A DNA stretch of 64,000 bases. Source: Candidatus Woesebacteria bacterium (lineage in GTDB: Bacteria; Patescibacteriota; Microgenomatia; UBA8517). The notes beneath the pieces are model-generated. The model did not search any database, had not been told where the DNA came from, and saw nothing but the letters and a program-made list of their open reading frames with translations. Location of the stretch: contig CAWASW010000007.1 in assembly GCA_963784785.1 (NCBI GenBank), forward strand, positions 66,394 through 130,393, written 5' to 3'. Shown one piece after another: positions 51,307 through 59,687 of this stretch. The position numbers were made by a program, and so were the translations under genes. Within the stretch, counting starts at the first letter, position 1, and each line of letters starts with the position of its first letter.

Positions 51307-52182
51307 CTATTCAAAAACTGGTTGACCGATTTTTGGAATATAAGTTTTAAATTCCTCGCGCTTTACTAATTTTTTATCTTCAAATGTCATTTTAACCACT
51401 AATCCTTTTTTAGTTTCTTCACTCCACATTTGATCAAATATAAAGTTACCCAAAGAATAATACACAGGGGCATTCCCGATTATCTCAAAATTTTGCACCC
51501 AATGTGGATGATGGCCAATTATTATATCCGCCCCACTTTCAATCATTTGTTTTGCAACTATACGCTGTACGCTATTCGCCACTGCCTTGTATTCTTCCCC
51601 CCAATGTGGACTAGTAATAAGAACATCGACTAATTTATCACTACTAGCGATTAGATCTTGGTCACTTGTAGTAAATTTATTTGAGACTAAATCAAAACCT
51701 AAAAAACCAAACTTAACACCATTCTTTTCAATTATCTCCAAGTTCTCATAACCCACTGATTTAATTCCAATATTACTTAAGTTTTTCTTAGTCTCTTCAA
51801 AACCTTTGTTACCATAATTATTAGTGTGATTGTTTGCTAAGGTCACGATATCAATACCAGAATTAGTCAACCCCTGAGCGATCTCAGGACTGGTGCAAAA
51901 CGAGAAGCTTCCTTTATACTGCCTAGGACAGTCCTTAATAACTGCATTTTCAAGATTTCCAAAAGTAATGTCGGCATTTGACAAAAAGCCTTGGACATTT
52001 CTAAAAGGATATAAATAGTCATTTTTATCAATCGCCTCCCCCATTACAGAGCGGCCAAGCATGATATCACCAGTGAAAATAAGAGTTGCTTGGTCAGTTG
52101 GAGGATTAGTTAATTGGACAAACGAAACTGGCACAAGAGCGATCAAAAACGCAATTAGGGAAGAAATTAGATTATTAAGCAT
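51307..52182 (-). CDS. CapA-family metallophosphatase
   Basis: GDIMLGR, GNLE, LANNH, HWG.EY, GHHPH, YSLGNFIFDQ. Confidence 0.94.
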   Translation of the reverse strand: MLNNLISSLIAFLIALVPVSFVQLTNPPTDQATLIFTGDIMLGRSVMGEAIDKNDYLYPFRNVQGFLSNADITFGNLENAVIKDCPRQYKGSFSFCTSPEIAQGLTNSGIDIVTLANNHTNNYGNKGFEETKKNLSNIGIKSVGYENLEIIEKNGVKFGFLGFDLVSNKFTTSDQDLIASSDKLVDVLITSPHWGEEYKAVANSVQRIVAKQMIESGADIIIGHHPHWVQNFEIIGNAPVYYSLGNFIFDQMWSEETKKGLVVKMTFEDKKLVKREEFKTYIPKIGQPVFE

Positions 52183-52239
52183 GATATAATCATACCACTC
52201 TAATCGCCTAGATAAGAAAATCTTGTCTATGTATATGAT

Positions 52240-52311
52240 GCCTAGATAGCTCAGTGGTAGAGCACCAACTTGGTAAGTTGGGGGTCGTGAGTCCAATCCT
52301 CACTCTAGGCT
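52240..52311 (+). tRNA. tRNA-Thr(GGU)
   Basis: GCCTAGA/TCTAGGC, loop TTGGTAA, no encoded CCA. Confidence 0.95.
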
Positions 52312-52318
52312 CAACCGA

Positions 52319-52514
52319 GATACCGTTGCATAAACGGTCACTTGTTTAGCCTTAAATGATTTGTTGTTTTTCGTTAAAATAATAACACTTTCGTCCGATT
52401 ACTCGGACAATGCTGAAATTGGTTGTAGAAGCGTTTACTTAGTGAAACTACCTTTTTAGGCCGAAAGTATAGTAAAATCAGTGTGTTTTAGGAGACCGAA
52501 ATGTAACGGTCTCG
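52319..52514 (+). repeat. 196-bp tRNA-Thr-associated structured element, copy 2
   Basis: See copy 1; flanked by TAGGCTCAA direct repeats. Confidence 0.95.
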
Positions 52515-52574
52515 ACTTTTTTAGGCTCAAAATTGAGGCTGGATTGAATTTTATTATGGTGTTAAAATAACTAT

Positions 52575-52760
52575 ATGGCAAAAAAGGGAGCAAGAGAAAT
52601 CGTAGCAATGATCTGTCCAACCTGTAAAGCACAAAACTATGTGACAGACAGGAATAAGGTTAATATGGATACAAAAGGTAAAGGGAAATTAGAACTTAAA
52701 AAATGGTGCCAAGTTTGTAAAAAACAAACACTTCATAAAGAATCCTCAAAACTTAAGTAA
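52575..52760 (+). CDS. rpmG: 50S ribosomal protein L33
   Basis: CPTC..NY.T..N, LELKKWC..C...TLHKE. Confidence 0.96.
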   Translation: MAKKGAREIVAMICPTCKAQNYVTDRNKVNMDTKGKGKLELKKWCQVCKKQTLHKESSKLK

Positions 52761-52857
52761 GAATATCTTGCTTTTGCAAAGTAAGTATTTAGATATAACT
52801 AAGTTACTATTCAGATATACAATTAGGTATATTTTTTTATTTATTCAGGTCGGGGGG

Positions 52858-52931
52858 TGGCAAGGCTGGAGGGAATCGAACCCCCACTAAAAGATTTGGA
52901 GTCTTTTGGTCTACCATTAACCTACAGCCTT
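52858..52931 (-). tRNA. tRNA-Trp(CCA)
   Basis: AAGGCTG/CAGCCTT, loop CTCCAAA, TTCGATT, encoded CCA. Confidence 0.95.
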
Positions 52932-53587
52932 ATACTATTGGCAAAGGTATTATATAGGGAAGCAAGTTCATGAGCAACTTTATAGTCATAATATGTAACA
53001 TGAAGACTTCCCATATAATTTTCTCTTTTTCGCTTTCCTGTATGAGGTTTTAAATAGCTTTTGTTAAATTTATTAAGTGGAATGTTAGTTACTCTTGACC
53101 AAAATTTGAGGATCTCCGTTTCATTATGATATTTGTGAATATGAACTATTGCCCTAAATTTTTCTTCATCTAACTTAAATGACTTTCTTAGAGCATACAT
53201 AAAAGTCGATATCATTTTTGGGTCTGAATTGGTAAAACCTAGTCTTGTAAATCCCCCTTTTTCACCCTCTGTCCAAATAAATATAGCTGCAATTAATTTA
53301 AGAAGCGATGTCGTCATTTTAATTTTCTTAAACGATGACATTGCTTTATTCGACACCTCGTTCAAAACAAGTTTCCTACGATTACTAATTGTTTTAAATG
53401 CTCTTTTTCTAGCTGTATCTTGCCTATCTCGAATGATCTTTTTACCTGACTCTGTGATCTTTTCCTTCGAAGTCCAGAGTGAAGCTGTGCTTTTAGCTAT
53501 TTTTAACTCGGAAGAAATTTGGCCTAATGAGTAACCAGATCGCCTTAATAGTTTAGCTTTTTTTAACTACATTGCTTTTATATACAT
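52922..53587 (-). pseudogene. HTH plus single-motif LAGLIDADG-like protein, 5' end disrupted
   Basis: LRRSGYSLGQIS..L.IAKST.S.W HTH; IFIWTEG..FTNSDP; in-frame TAG at codon 7; stop codon lies inside tRNA-Trp. Confidence 0.7.
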
Positions 53588-53654
53588 AGGTTATGTAAAT
53601 TAACTATACTGTTCGTTTTAAGTAGTGTCGACACAAACGATAGAAGTGTAAAAT

Positions 53655-54083
53655 ATGATAATGAAAATAGTTCTTGTAGGTGGATGTTTTGATATTCTTC
53701 ACATAGGTCATGTAAAGTTTTTAAAAAAGGCCAAAAGTTTTGGTGATTATTTAATTGTTCTATTAGAATCTGATGTAAACATTAAAAAACTTAAAGGCCC
53801 CACTCGCCCAATTCAAAATGAATTACAAAGAAAAGAAATTCTTTCTAGTTTAAAGTATGTTGATAAAATAATTATGGTACCAAAAAATGCCACTCACGAA
53901 ACATATCACAAATTAATAAAAAAAATTAAACCAAACATAATGGCAATTACCCAAGGTGATCCAATTAAACATTTAAAACTCATGCAAGCCAAATCAGTCG
54001 GAGCTAAATTAAAAGTAATTAAAATGTTTGGAGATTTATCTACTACAAAAATTATTGAAGGACTTACGGAGAGCGGAGACTGA
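53655..54083 (+). CDS. Cytidylyltransferase-family protein
   Basis: GCFDILHIGH, RPI...R, STTKII. Confidence 0.92.
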   Translation: MIMKIVLVGGCFDILHIGHVKFLKKAKSFGDYLIVLLESDVNIKKLKGPTRPIQNELQRKEILSSLKYVDKIIMVPKNATHETYHKLIKKIKPNIMAITQGDPIKHLKLMQAKSVGAKLKVIKMFGDLSTTKIIEGLTESGD

Positions 54084-54529
54084 TTTTTTTGTTGATTTTC
54101 TAAATTTTTTGCTGGTGCAATTACTTGCAAAAAATTTAAAAACTATCAGTCCCCACTCTCTTTCTTCTACTTCTTTTCCTCCTCTTTTTTTTCTTCCGCG
54201 GGCGGATTCGCCGGGACAGGGGTAAATGTCATTCGTGAATTGGTGATGTTACTCAGCCAAACACCCATCGACATCGATGGTTTTTTCGGATAACAAGCGG
54301 GGCAAATCTTTATGCTCCCTTTCTTACCGTTCGGGCAAATACAGCCAGACATTTTGACCTCCGTCAAAAAAATAAATTTCCTCAGCTAACGCTTTGGTAA
54401 AAAGAATTATAGGTTAAAATAAATTTTTTGCAAGACCCTCCCTAACTACCTATAGCAAATTTTTAAACTTTTGTTATAATCCTAATCGTCGTAAGTTCAA
54501 AATCTTTTATTTTGCTTAGGAGGCAAAAA

Positions 54530-54664
54530 ATGTCTGGAAAAGGTTTGTTAAAAAGTATCAAGGAATCATATCGCAAATGGAAAGCACGCCGCCGTGACAA
54601 AAACGGAAAAAAGGCGCTCGCCAATATCGGCAAGGTCAGCGGCAAGAAAAAGAACGGATCGTAA
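54530..54664 (+). CDS. 44-aa highly basic small protein
   Basis: AGGAGG SD, upstream TGtTATAAT, MSGKGLLKSIKESYRKWKARRRDK... Confidence 0.55.
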   Translation: MSGKGLLKSIKESYRKWKARRRDKNGKKALANIGKVSGKKKNGS

Positions 54665-54778
54665 TTGATCGATTGGATTGAGAGAAGTGATTTAGGAATC
54701 GGAAAAATTGCAAAATTGCGCAAAAAATCCGAATCAATATCCTAAATATCAGCTCTCAATCCAAGTAAGTCCCCCACA

Positions 54779-54846
54779 AAACAGATTGCTTCTCCACCCA
54801 AGGCGGATCGCAATGACACCCATGAATTTATTTTCGCAATGACACT
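54779..54846. repeat. Partial TCGCAATGAC-type palindromic elements
   Basis: Matches 27021-27061 with 2 mismatches; extra ttcgcaatgacact here and at 59101. Confidence 0.8.
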
Positions 54847-54875
54847 GGAGATTACTACGAAGTAGCAAGCTACGC

Positions 54876-55889
54876 TTACTTAAGTCTTGCAAGGTGGGCA
54901 TCAACCATGAGGGCTACTAACTCTTTGAATTTTGTTTTTGGCTCCCAGCCCAAAATTTCTTTGGCTTTGGCAGGATTACCAATTAGAGGTCCTGTTTCAG
55001 TAGGCCTGATAAACCTTTTATCAATTGTTACGTGATCTTCATAATTTAAACCTACATATTTATATGCCTCTTCACATAATTCTTGAATTGAATGTGTCTC
55101 CCCTGTTGCAAGTACAAAGTCATCTGCTTTTTCAGCTTGCATCATTCTCCACATGCCTTCTACATAATCACCTGCAAAGCCCCAATCTCTTTTTGCTTCC
55201 ATGTTTCCAAGTTGTACTTTTCCATCCTTTACTATTGGTTCACCCTCTTCATTTAAATGATTTGAGGTTCTAATTTCAAGCTTTGCACAAGCTGCTGCAT
55301 AAGTTACCTTTTGAGTTACGAAGCCTAGATGTCTTCTTGGTGACTCATGATTAAACAAAATTCCATTTGTGGCAAACATGTTGTAACTCTCTCTATAGAT
55401 CTTTGTCATACAAAAAGCATAAAGCTTGGCTGCAGCATAAGGATTAGCAGGATTAAATGGAGTTGTTTCTGTCTGTGGGATTTCTCTAACCCATCCAAAC
55501 ATTTCAGATGAACTTGCTTGGTAGAATTTAGTCTTTGGATTAACATCAAGTGTGGCGTCAAGTACCCTATGTGCTCCAATTCCTGTAATCTCTGCTGTGT
55601 GAATTGGTTGTTTAAATGATTCTGATGGATGAGATTGAGATGCAAGATTATAAACTTCATCTGGCTCTACCTTTTGGATAATTTCTCTTAAGGATACTGG
55701 ATCTAATAAATCTCCTTGAAATAATTTCAAACTTTCTTGAATATGACCAATGTTGGCATAGTCCTCATGAGATGTTTTTCTAACTATGCCTGCTACCTCA
55801 TACCCTTTGCCTAAAAGTAACTCAGCCAAGTACGATCCATCTTGACCTGTGATCCCTGTAATTAATGCTTTTTTGTTAGCCATTGACAA
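54876..55889 (-). CDS. gmd: GDP-mannose 4,6-dehydratase
   Basis: GITGQDGSYLA, YQASSSEMFG, YAAAK, ILFNHESPRR, RDWG. Confidence 0.97.
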   Translation of the reverse strand: MSMANKKALITGITGQDGSYLAELLLGKGYEVAGIVRKTSHEDYANIGHIQESLKLFQGDLLDPVSLREIIQKVEPDEVYNLASQSHPSESFKQPIHTAEITGIGAHRVLDATLDVNPKTKFYQASSSEMFGWVREIPQTETTPFNPANPYAAAKLYAFCMTKIYRESYNMFATNGILFNHESPRRHLGFVTQKVTYAAACAKLEIRTSNHLNEEGEPIVKDGKVQLGNMEAKRDWGFAGDYVEGMWRMMQAEKADDFVLATGETHSIQELCEEAYKYVGLNYEDHVTIDKRFIRPTETGPLIGNPAKAKEILGWEPKTKFKELVALMVDAHLARLK

Positions 55890-55906
55890 TATAATAGCAT
55901 ATTTCT

Positions 55907-56674
55907 ATGATGTATATAATGGCATCATTAAAATCAAGAAATCTTCTAATCTTAGGTCTCATTCTAGCAATGTTTGTTGCCCTTCCACTTTTTGTCTGGT
56001 CATTAATTAATATAAATTTGGATATCAGAGAGAGAGCTTTTATACCTCAATGTATGCCACGGCCAGCTTGTCTTGATGAAAGACCTCATCCATGTCAGAT
56101 ATCAGAACCAGAAGCTGGTTGGTGCCCTGCTGGTACTGCCACCGCAGTTTCTACAGCCACTGCAATTGCAACAGCAACATCAATTGCAACTTCGACAGCA
56201 ACAGCATTACCAACAGATAGTCCAGTTGGAGGAAATGATAATGCAAATTCTTGTGGAGGAACCTGTGGCAGTAATTACAACTGTAAAGCAAATTTATATT
56301 GCTATAGAGGGTACTGCAGAAATCCATTCTGTTCAGAAAATAGCACCTGTGACTGTTCAAATGTTGGTGCTACTCCAACTGTTAAACCAACAGTTAAACC
56401 AACTGTCAAGTCATCAATCAAACCATTTGCAGGTCTTAGTTCATCAAGCCCAAAGACAACTGCAAAATCGACATCTGTTGCATCAGAATCATCTCGACCA
56501 TTAGACAAATTTAATACAGATTCTGTTACAACCCCTAAAAACATGTTTTGGTTAAATAACGCAATGTATATCTTCTTAGGATTCTTGTTACTTGTCATCA
56601 CTACAATTTATTATGCTGTAAAAAGAAACAAGAGTAATAGTATTCCCCGAATAATGCCACCTACAAATATCTAA
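55907..56674 (+). CDS. Cys-rich membrane-anchored surface protein
   Basis: N- and C-terminal TM, NSCGGTCGSN module, Thr/Ala linkers. Confidence 0.85.
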   Translation: MMYIMASLKSRNLLILGLILAMFVALPLFVWSLININLDIRERAFIPQCMPRPACLDERPHPCQISEPEAGWCPAGTATAVSTATAIATATSIATSTATALPTDSPVGGNDNANSCGGTCGSNYNCKANLYCYRGYCRNPFCSENSTCDCSNVGATPTVKPTVKPTVKSSIKPFAGLSSSSPKTTAKSTSVASESSRPLDKFNTDSVTTPKNMFWLNNAMYIFLGFLLLVITTIYYAVKRNKSNSIPRIMPPTNI

Positions 56675-56732
56675 TTTATTATGTTAGAATAGGTCTCAAT
56701 GTTTAATTTGGAAGGAGGCGAGTTTTCAATAT

Positions 56733-56927
56733 ATGTTTATAGTAACAAAAAAACAAGGAGAGTCAGACGACTCATTAGTAGCAAGATTTCGCAAAAAGAC
56801 TTTAATGTCTGGTCTTTTGTTGGAGCTTAGAGACAGAGAAAGATTTAAGAAACCTTCTGAAAAAAGAAAAGAGAAGAAATACAAACTTAACTTTGCCAGA
56901 ATGTTGGAAAAGAAAAGAAACTATTAA
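56733..56927 (+). CDS. rpsU: 30S ribosomal protein S21
   Basis: GESDDSL..RFRKK, FKKPSEKRK. Confidence 0.92.
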   Translation: MFIVTKKQGESDDSLVARFRKKTLMSGLLLELRDRERFKKPSEKRKEKKYKLNFARMLEKKRNY

Positions 56928-56929
56928 AA

Positions 56930-57355
56930 ATGGAAAACAATAAACTCGTTGTTAACCCTGCGCAAGAATATGTTAATAGTCTTTTTACTGAATCCTTGAT
57001 TGGGAACAATAATAAATTAGTTCTTGTAGATGGAAAATATAAAGATATAGAAATTAAACAACTGTGTCTTAAAAGTTCTGATGAAAAAATACATCCGGTA
57101 TCTATAGCTGAAAATTTAGTTTTGGTCGGTCTTGTAGATGAGCCTGTTGAGTTTTCTGATATTATTTGGAATAGTGAATCAGCAACACCAATTAAGCTAA
57201 AGGAGGCTGTCGAACAAGGTAGATTGCCAAAAGATTCGAAAAAAGGTGTCTTGGCAATAGTTGCCACAGCTGAGAGAATTAAAGGGACAAGTCAATTTGA
57301 CATAAATAATAAAGTGTTTGAGGAACAAAAAAAGATTGAGAAATTATTAAAATGA
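56930..57355 (+). CDS. Hypothetical protein
   Basis: ORF coupled between rpsU and secE. Confidence 0.7.
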   Translation: MENNKLVVNPAQEYVNSLFTESLIGNNNKLVLVDGKYKDIEIKQLCLKSSDEKIHPVSIAENLVLVGLVDEPVEFSDIIWNSESATPIKLKEAVEQGRLPKDSKKGVLAIVATAERIKGTSQFDINNKVFEEQKKIEKLLK

Positions 57356-57534
57356 AGACAGCCGTCAATTTTCTCACTGAAGTCAAACCTGAGCTTGAAA
57401 AAGTCACTTGGCCAAAACGAAATGTCGTGATAAACTACCTAGGTCTAGTTATAACTATATCTGTAGTTGTAGCATTTTTTGTAGGAAGTGTAGATTACGG
57501 TCTTACCAAGGGTTTAGAATATTTTTTAAAATAA
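57352..57534 (+). CDS. secE: Preprotein translocase SecE
   Basis: ELEKVTWP plus TM, precedes nusG. Confidence 0.95.
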   Translation: MKTAVNFLTEVKPELEKVTWPKRNVVINYLGLVITISVVVAFFVGSVDYGLTKGLEYFLK

Positions 57535-57540
57535 GATAAT

Positions 57541-58149
57541 ATGAACGACGAACTAAAAATTAACGAGAAAGGTACTGGAAACAAAAAGATTCCAGGACAT
57601 ATCATTATTACTGCCTCAGAAGATCCAAAGGCAAAATGGTATGTAGTTCACACATCATCTGGTCATGAAGTTCGTGTCATGGAAACATTAAGACAAAGAG
57701 TAGAAACAATGGGACTTAAAACCACTGTTTTTGAAATGTTAGTCCCTACCCAAGACAAAATTATCATAAGAGGTGGAAAAAAGGCACAAGTAAAAGAAAA
57801 GATTTTTCCAGGATACATGCTTGTTAAAATGATATTAGATGATGCAACCTGGCTTGCAGTAAGAACAACAGCAGGAATCACAGGATTCGTCGGAGCAGGA
57901 AATAAGCCTACTGCCCTATCTGAAGTAGAAGTTAAAAACATTCAAAAATTCGTAAGCTCACCTGCACCAAGATACAAAACAAAATTTGTTACAGGAGAAG
58001 CAGTCAAGATTACAGACGGACCTTTCTCAGATTTCTTAGGAACAATTCATGAAATTGACGAAGAAAAAGGAAAAGTCAAAGTATTGGTCTCAATCTTTGG
58101 AAGAGAAACACCTGTAGAATTAGACTTCTTGCAAATCCAAAAGATTTAG
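57541..58149 (+). CDS. nusG: Transcription factor NusG
   Basis: WYVVHT.SG.E, FPGY, GPFSDF, FGRETPVEL. Confidence 0.98.
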   Translation: MNDELKINEKGTGNKKIPGHIIITASEDPKAKWYVVHTSSGHEVRVMETLRQRVETMGLKTTVFEMLVPTQDKIIIRGGKKAQVKEKIFPGYMLVKMILDDATWLAVRTTAGITGFVGAGNKPTALSEVEVKNIQKFVSSPAPRYKTKFVTGEAVKITDGPFSDFLGTIHEIDEEKGKVKVLVSIFGRETPVELDFLQIQKI

Positions 58150-59015
58150 ATTCCTATTTTCCAAACTCCTTTTTCTCTAAATGCAGGGATTGTTTGCCTC
58201 TTTGCTAAATTAAAAATACTTGATGATTTATCATTCTTTTTCTTAGCATAATCAGAAAGCGAAATAATTTTTAAGCCTTTTAAATACGCAATTCTTTTGT
58301 GTAGTGATTCTAGCAAAGCTTTGCTTATTATCTCAATCATAGTCTTTATCCTTTTTGTTTCGTTGTATTCATTAAATGCATAATAATAATTAATTTTTTC
58401 CTTGTTCTTTACTATAATGTTTGGAAATCCGAGATTGGAAAGCATAAAATTAATCAACACTCTACCAATCCTACCGTTACCATCATTAAAGGGATGAATT
58501 GATTCGAACTCTAAATGAAATTCACTTATTTTATCCAAAAAATATTTATTATGATTACTCGTATAATTTACTAATAATTCACCAATCAAACTCGCTATTT
58601 TATCAGGATTTGAACCAATATGAGTTCCAACTCGTACATATTCGTTATTGTTTCTAAATCTCCCAGAAATATTTAAATTAATATTCTCTAAAAGCATTTT
58701 GTGAATAAACAACATCAAATCTATATTTAATTCTAATTTGTTTCTATCTTTTAGATATTTAAAAATTCTGGCCAGGTTCTTAGCCTCGAAGACTTCGCGC
58801 AAGTTTAGATCTCTTGAAATCTCATGTTCCATAAGTATTTTCTCAGTTTCTTTTAATGTAAGTGTTGAATTTTCAATTGCGTTGGAGTTGTATACACTAT
58901 CTGCAATTTCAGCTTCGTCAATCAAATTAAGAAGTGACTCTTTACCCAGCTTTAATTTGTCAAATTCTTTCTTTAATTCCTCAATTTGAGATTTCCTAGT
59001 ATTTCCAAGTGTCAT
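58146..59015 (-). CDS. Fic-domain protein (class II-like)
   Basis: HPFNDGNGRIGR; N-terminal SNAIEN inhibitory motif. Confidence 0.94.
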   Translation of the reverse strand: MTLGNTRKSQIEELKKEFDKLKLGKESLLNLIDEAEIADSVYNSNAIENSTLTLKETEKILMEHEISRDLNLREVFEAKNLARIFKYLKDRNKLELNIDLMLFIHKMLLENINLNISGRFRNNNEYVRVGTHIGSNPDKIASLIGELLVNYTSNHNKYFLDKISEFHLEFESIHPFNDGNGRIGRVLINFMLSNLGFPNIIVKNKEKINYYYAFNEYNETKRIKTMIEIISKALLESLHKRIAYLKGLKIISLSDYAKKKNDKSSSIFNLAKRQTIPAFREKGVWKIGI

Positions 59016-59053
59016 ACAAGAAGAATAGCATACTCACGTAATTTTGTCAAATT

Positions 59054-59091
59054 GACGTGAATTTATGTCGTTTCCAACTTAAATTCACGTC
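59054..59091. promoter_or_regulatory. 12-bp inverted repeat upstream of fic
   Basis: gacgtgaattta-N14-taaattcacgtc next to a minus-strand TTGACA. Confidence 0.6.
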
Positions 59092-59185
59092 GTTTTTAGG
59101 TTCGCAATGACACTAGATTATAAGTTTATGTCTATGTTATAATACCAGTACCTCGATATTTATCGAGGGAGATTATATAAATCGA

Positions 59186-59611
59186 ATGGCAAAGAAAATT
59201 AAAGTAATAGTTAAAATTAACCTCAAGGGAGCAGAAGCTACCCCAGCACCTCCAGTCGGAACTGCACTTGGACAACATGGTATTGCAATCATGGAGTTTG
59301 TCAAAGCATATAACGACAAGACCAAAGACATGAAGGGACAAGTTATTCCAGCAGTTATCACCATTTTTGAAGATAGAAGTTTTGATTTTATAATCAAAAA
59401 GGCTCCAATGTCAGTAATGATCAAAAAGGTTTTAGGTTTAGAAAAAGGATCTGGAACTGCAGGAAGAGCAACACATGCAACAATGACAAGAGCACAAGCA
59501 GAAGAAGTAGCAAAAGAAAAGATGGACGATTTAAACACCAAAGACTTAGACGCAGCAGTTAAAATAGTCGCAGGAACAGCAAGATCAATGGGAATCAAGG
59601 TAGAAGATTAA
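59186..59611 (+). CDS. rplK: 50S ribosomal protein L11
   Basis: ATPAPPVGTALG, GTARSMG. Confidence 0.98.
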   Translation: MAKKIKVIVKINLKGAEATPAPPVGTALGQHGIAIMEFVKAYNDKTKDMKGQVIPAVITIFEDRSFDFIIKKAPMSVMIKKVLGLEKGSGTAGRATHATMTRAQAEEVAKEKMDDLNTKDLDAAVKIVAGTARSMGIKVED

Positions 59612-59687
59612 TAGCAAACTAGATAACTAGATGAATAGTTTTTTTCTAATTATCTAATAATCTATTTATCTAATTAACTAAACCAAT

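Noticed and set aside
52183-52296. N-terminal extension of the CapA ORF
   Set aside because: It is the antisense of tRNA-Thr; the real start is probably 52182
48038-52514. Composite transposon or prophage bounded by the two 196-bp repeats
   Set aside because: The enclosed DNA contains native tRNA-Tyr and tRNA-Thr and no integrase; each copy has its own flanking echo, favouring independent insertions
59173-59598. 141-aa antisense ORF and similar shadow ORFs (5307, 6309, 8628, 30294, 35748 and others)
   Set aside because: They lie opposite clear genes and carry no motifs
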